Assembly: GCA_030704615.1 (NCBI GenBank)
Contig: CM060731.1
Coordinates: 45,694,001 to 45,758,000, forward strand
Direction: 5' to 3'
Length of the DNA: 64,000 bases
Source of the DNA: Takakia lepidozioides
Lineage: Eukaryota > Plantae > Bryophyta
Below the pieces are notes generated by a model, which was given only the letters and a program-made list of their open reading frames with translations, was not told the origin of the DNA and did not search any database. This document shows positions 60,857 through 64,000 of the stretch, one piece after another (within the stretch, counting starts at the first letter, position 1; each line of letters opens with the position of its first letter). The position numbers and the translations under genes are program-made.

Positions 60857-62357
60857 ATGCTCGCTTGAATCACGAGTTGCCTTGAATCACAGTATGAAGA
60901 TACGAGCGCATCTTTCAAGACTTGATCAAATCCATTGGAATGCAGCACAATAACGAGGAATCAAAGTATTGCAATAAGGAATGATCTATCTGTATCCGAG
61001 TCGTGTTACATGATACAAGTGGGGTAGAGGAGGGGTGCGTGTGGTTTAATGGTCCACCACTTCCTTTTGCCCGGCTACATACTCACTCTAGATACGAACG
61101 TCAAGTCCGAATAGATTTTGAGGATCTAGGAATCTTCTGTGCTCATGCGGAAATTCCTGACGGTCGAAGGACTGTGTATATTGATCGCACTATAATGCCC
61201 TGCTCGCATCTTTCTCAGGAAAGGGAGATTTAAATTATCCAAGTTCCTTCGTCGAGCAGGTGCTGATTTGAGTAACATTGTGTTGGAGTGGGCAAGTATG
61301 ATTTGCATGTACCGTGATTTTGGTCGACATAATCTTTGAACAATTTTTTTCTGGCTGGGTAACCCGTGACTGCACGATCTGAAAAAAGACTTAGCAAGCA
61401 AGTGCCATGCATTCATCTCTGAGGCCAAGAATTGTGCTCAAGACACAATTTGCGCAATCCCCAACAAGGAAATAGTTTGTATCATTGAACAAATGTTGTC
61501 ATTGTCCAGATATATCGGTCTACAAAACCTCCGGTTGGACATTTGCGTTGGTCAACCAGTTCTTCTGTTCTCTTCTGTTATCATGTACGCTGCAACCAAC
61601 CTTAAAACCAGATGACCGACCTAGATCTACAATTTACATATTAATTAACCGAGTAAGTATGTTCCCTTGGCAGCAGTTCCTCTCCTCGAACCCTGTGTTT
61701 TTTCCCCTTCGACCGTCTAAACTTTTGAGAGAGGTGTTGCTCAAGGTTCTAGAGGAAACTTGTCCGACAAGGAAAGGCAGACTATGCCAAGAGAAACTTC
61801 TGACGTTAATTCTTAACATTTCTGTGACGAACACTCTATAGGAGTTTCATTCCTATACCCTTCCTCTACATCTACATGTATGGACTCTCTGTTCTGAAAT
61901 CTAGAGCTTTCACTTCACCATCTGCAAACTACATATATATCTGCATTGTTCAAAAAGTAGAATCTTCCCAGTACTTAGTGTTTGCCCGGTGACTCATGTA
62001 GGCTTCAAATTATCAGCTCGCAGGAATTTGTTTTTGCTGATATTGGACAGTTTTACATGCACCTTGAAATGATTGTATTTCAGAGATTTGGCATCCAGGA
62101 AACGAATAGTACAGGTCTAGAGCCATTGATCTCAGAATGAATGCGCTACAGCTCAAATTCACAGTTAAAGAGCTAGAACCTCATTCCGTCGCAGATAGGC
62201 TTGGACAGTATAACTAGAGTCTGAACTGTGTTGGAAACGGACCAAGGAACAACCTGAGGTCTCCTGATGCAGAAGAGCAGCAAATGCTGCCATTTCTCTC
62301 TTCCGGACAGCGTGGTCTATTTACAAACTCGGGAAAGGACAAACTCGGGAAAGGCAC

Positions 62358-63259
62358 CTAAATCATGACCTGATCTGGAATCATACCTTCCCGTATCATT
62401 TGCTCATATGTCTCCAAAGCCTCCCTACCACACCCATGCTGGGTGTATCCTGCGATCATTGCATTCCATGAGACCACATCTCGATGAGCCATATTGTCAA
62501 ACACTTGATGCGCATCCTTTATACTCCCACATTTAGAATACATGTTGACTAAGGCAGTGCCCAGAATGCTACCCGGCACAATTCCGGCTTTGACGAATGG
62601 ACCACTTTCCCCTTCTCCAGAGCTGCCAGGCTGATACATGCCTCGAGGACGGAAACAAATGTGAACTGGTTGGGCATCACGTTTTTCCGTATCATTTGCT
62701 CATAGGTCTACAAAGCCTCCTTACCAAAACCCAGCCGGGCATATCCTACAATCATTGCACTCCATGAGACCACATCTCGCTGAGCCATGTTGTCAAATGC
62801 TTGACACACATCCTTTATACTCCCACATTTGGCATACATGTCAATCAAGGCCGTGTCCAGAGTGATACCAGGCTCAATTCCAGATTTCATAATTTTAGCA
62901 TGGACCTCCTTGCCCTTCTCCAGGGCTGCCAGGCTGCCACAAGCATTGAGAATGGAAATGAACGTGACCCGGTCAGGTGTCATCCCTTCCCTTATCATTT
63001 GCTCATAGGTCTCCAAAGCCTCCCTGACCCGACCATGCTGGGCATATCCTACAATCATTACACTCCATGAGACCACATCCCTTTCAGCCATATTGTCAAA
63101 CACTCGATTAGCATCATTTATGCTCCCACACTTGGCGTACATGACCACAATTGCAGTGTTCAGGATGATATTTGGCACAATTCCAGCTTTGATGATATTG
63201 GCATGGACATGGCCATTTACAGGGTGCCAAGACTTCACCAAAATTAGGTATTCCAACAA
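62358..63259 (-). pseudogene. PLS-class PPR repeat tract, disrupted
   Basis: Three P-L-S triplets (TALIDMYAKCGSI...RDVVSW..MI.GY..HG...EAL) with an internal TAG at 62708 and frameshifts. Confidence 0.88.
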
Positions 63260-64000
63260 TACATGAAACTATCAATAAGAGTGTGCCACAGCTACTTGAT
63301 GAACCACTGCTTGGAGGAAATGATGTGATTATTTGTACTTCAATAGATTCTGGAACAATTGTTAACTCAGTATTTGAACCAAGAGTTTCATTAACAAATA
63401 GAAGTGAACAATAGTGGCATAATGGAGTCCCTTCATAGGCACTTACTTCACCTCATTAAAATTTTGCATAGACAGAGCTGCTGGCACATAAACGGTGGCA
63501 ATGCTTCAAAGCTCTTAGATGCACAGAACAGACTGGCTGTAAGCACAGAGGAGCTTGGCCAATATGCAGGTTATTTTGCCCTAGAACGCAGTCATGCTGC
63601 GAAGTAATTTGATCTCTATGCCTCATTTTCTTGCGGGTTTAGAAGGTCTTGATTCCGTAGACTTACATTTGGACCAAAACAGGATATGTGAGCCTTGCGT
63701 TCGCTGTCACTCTTTGGAATCTTCTGAATGTGATTATCGTCCTGAAAATTGTTATAGACCTGTAAATTCCAGATTAAAATAGCCTGAGTATCAGTACATA
63801 GCTGACAACAGCCTTACGACAGGGGATTTGTGTTCATCTAGGTCTGTAGTTCTGGACATATTAGGTGGTATGCTATCGATGAAGCACTGGCATGGTGGCC
63901 AGAGAGAGAGAGAGGGAGAGGACACTGTTCTGTGCAAGATTTTGCACATAAGCACAAAGTGATGGTTATTTGGTGCAGGATGTTCTACTTCTTCTTTTGA

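Noticed and set aside
62700-62715. Stop codon in a PPR tract rescued by U-to-C editing
   Set aside because: Nuclear gene, the expected codon is GAG rather than CAG, and frameshifts nearby indicate decay.
4000-64000. Most short ORFs in the supplied track
   Set aside because: Antisense or alternative frames of TE genes, repeats or introns, with no recognisable motifs.

Overview
Eukaryotic nuclear DNA from a land plant, probably a bryophyte or other non-seed plant (inferred from GT-AG introns, PLS-class PPR genes and LORELEI-like genes). About 50 kb is nested transposable elements. These are a MULE-like DNA transposon (1-~8.8 kb), a degenerate Ty3/Gypsy element (~8.8-24.6 kb) split by a 4.7-kb non-autonomous CACTA element carrying host PDF-motif/PPR fragments, L1 LINE pieces, and a ~16-kb Sola-like transposon (~28.3-44.7 kb). 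The right end has two tandem LORELEI-like genes and several PPR pseudogenes, one fused to OSB-type PDF motifs. The most striking signal is that the two unrelated DNA transposons share one design. Each has a DDE/D transposase head-to-head with a gene encoding a ParB/Srx-like domain, plus many copies of an element-specific DNA palindrome located mainly in introns and non-coding DNA. The MULE-like element has 28 tandem 40-bp palindromes filling a 3.4-kb intron; the Sola-like element has 12 dispersed 24-bp palindromes. This suggests a transposon-borne ParB/parS-like self-recognition system. All domain calls are by-eye motif recognition; no searches were run.
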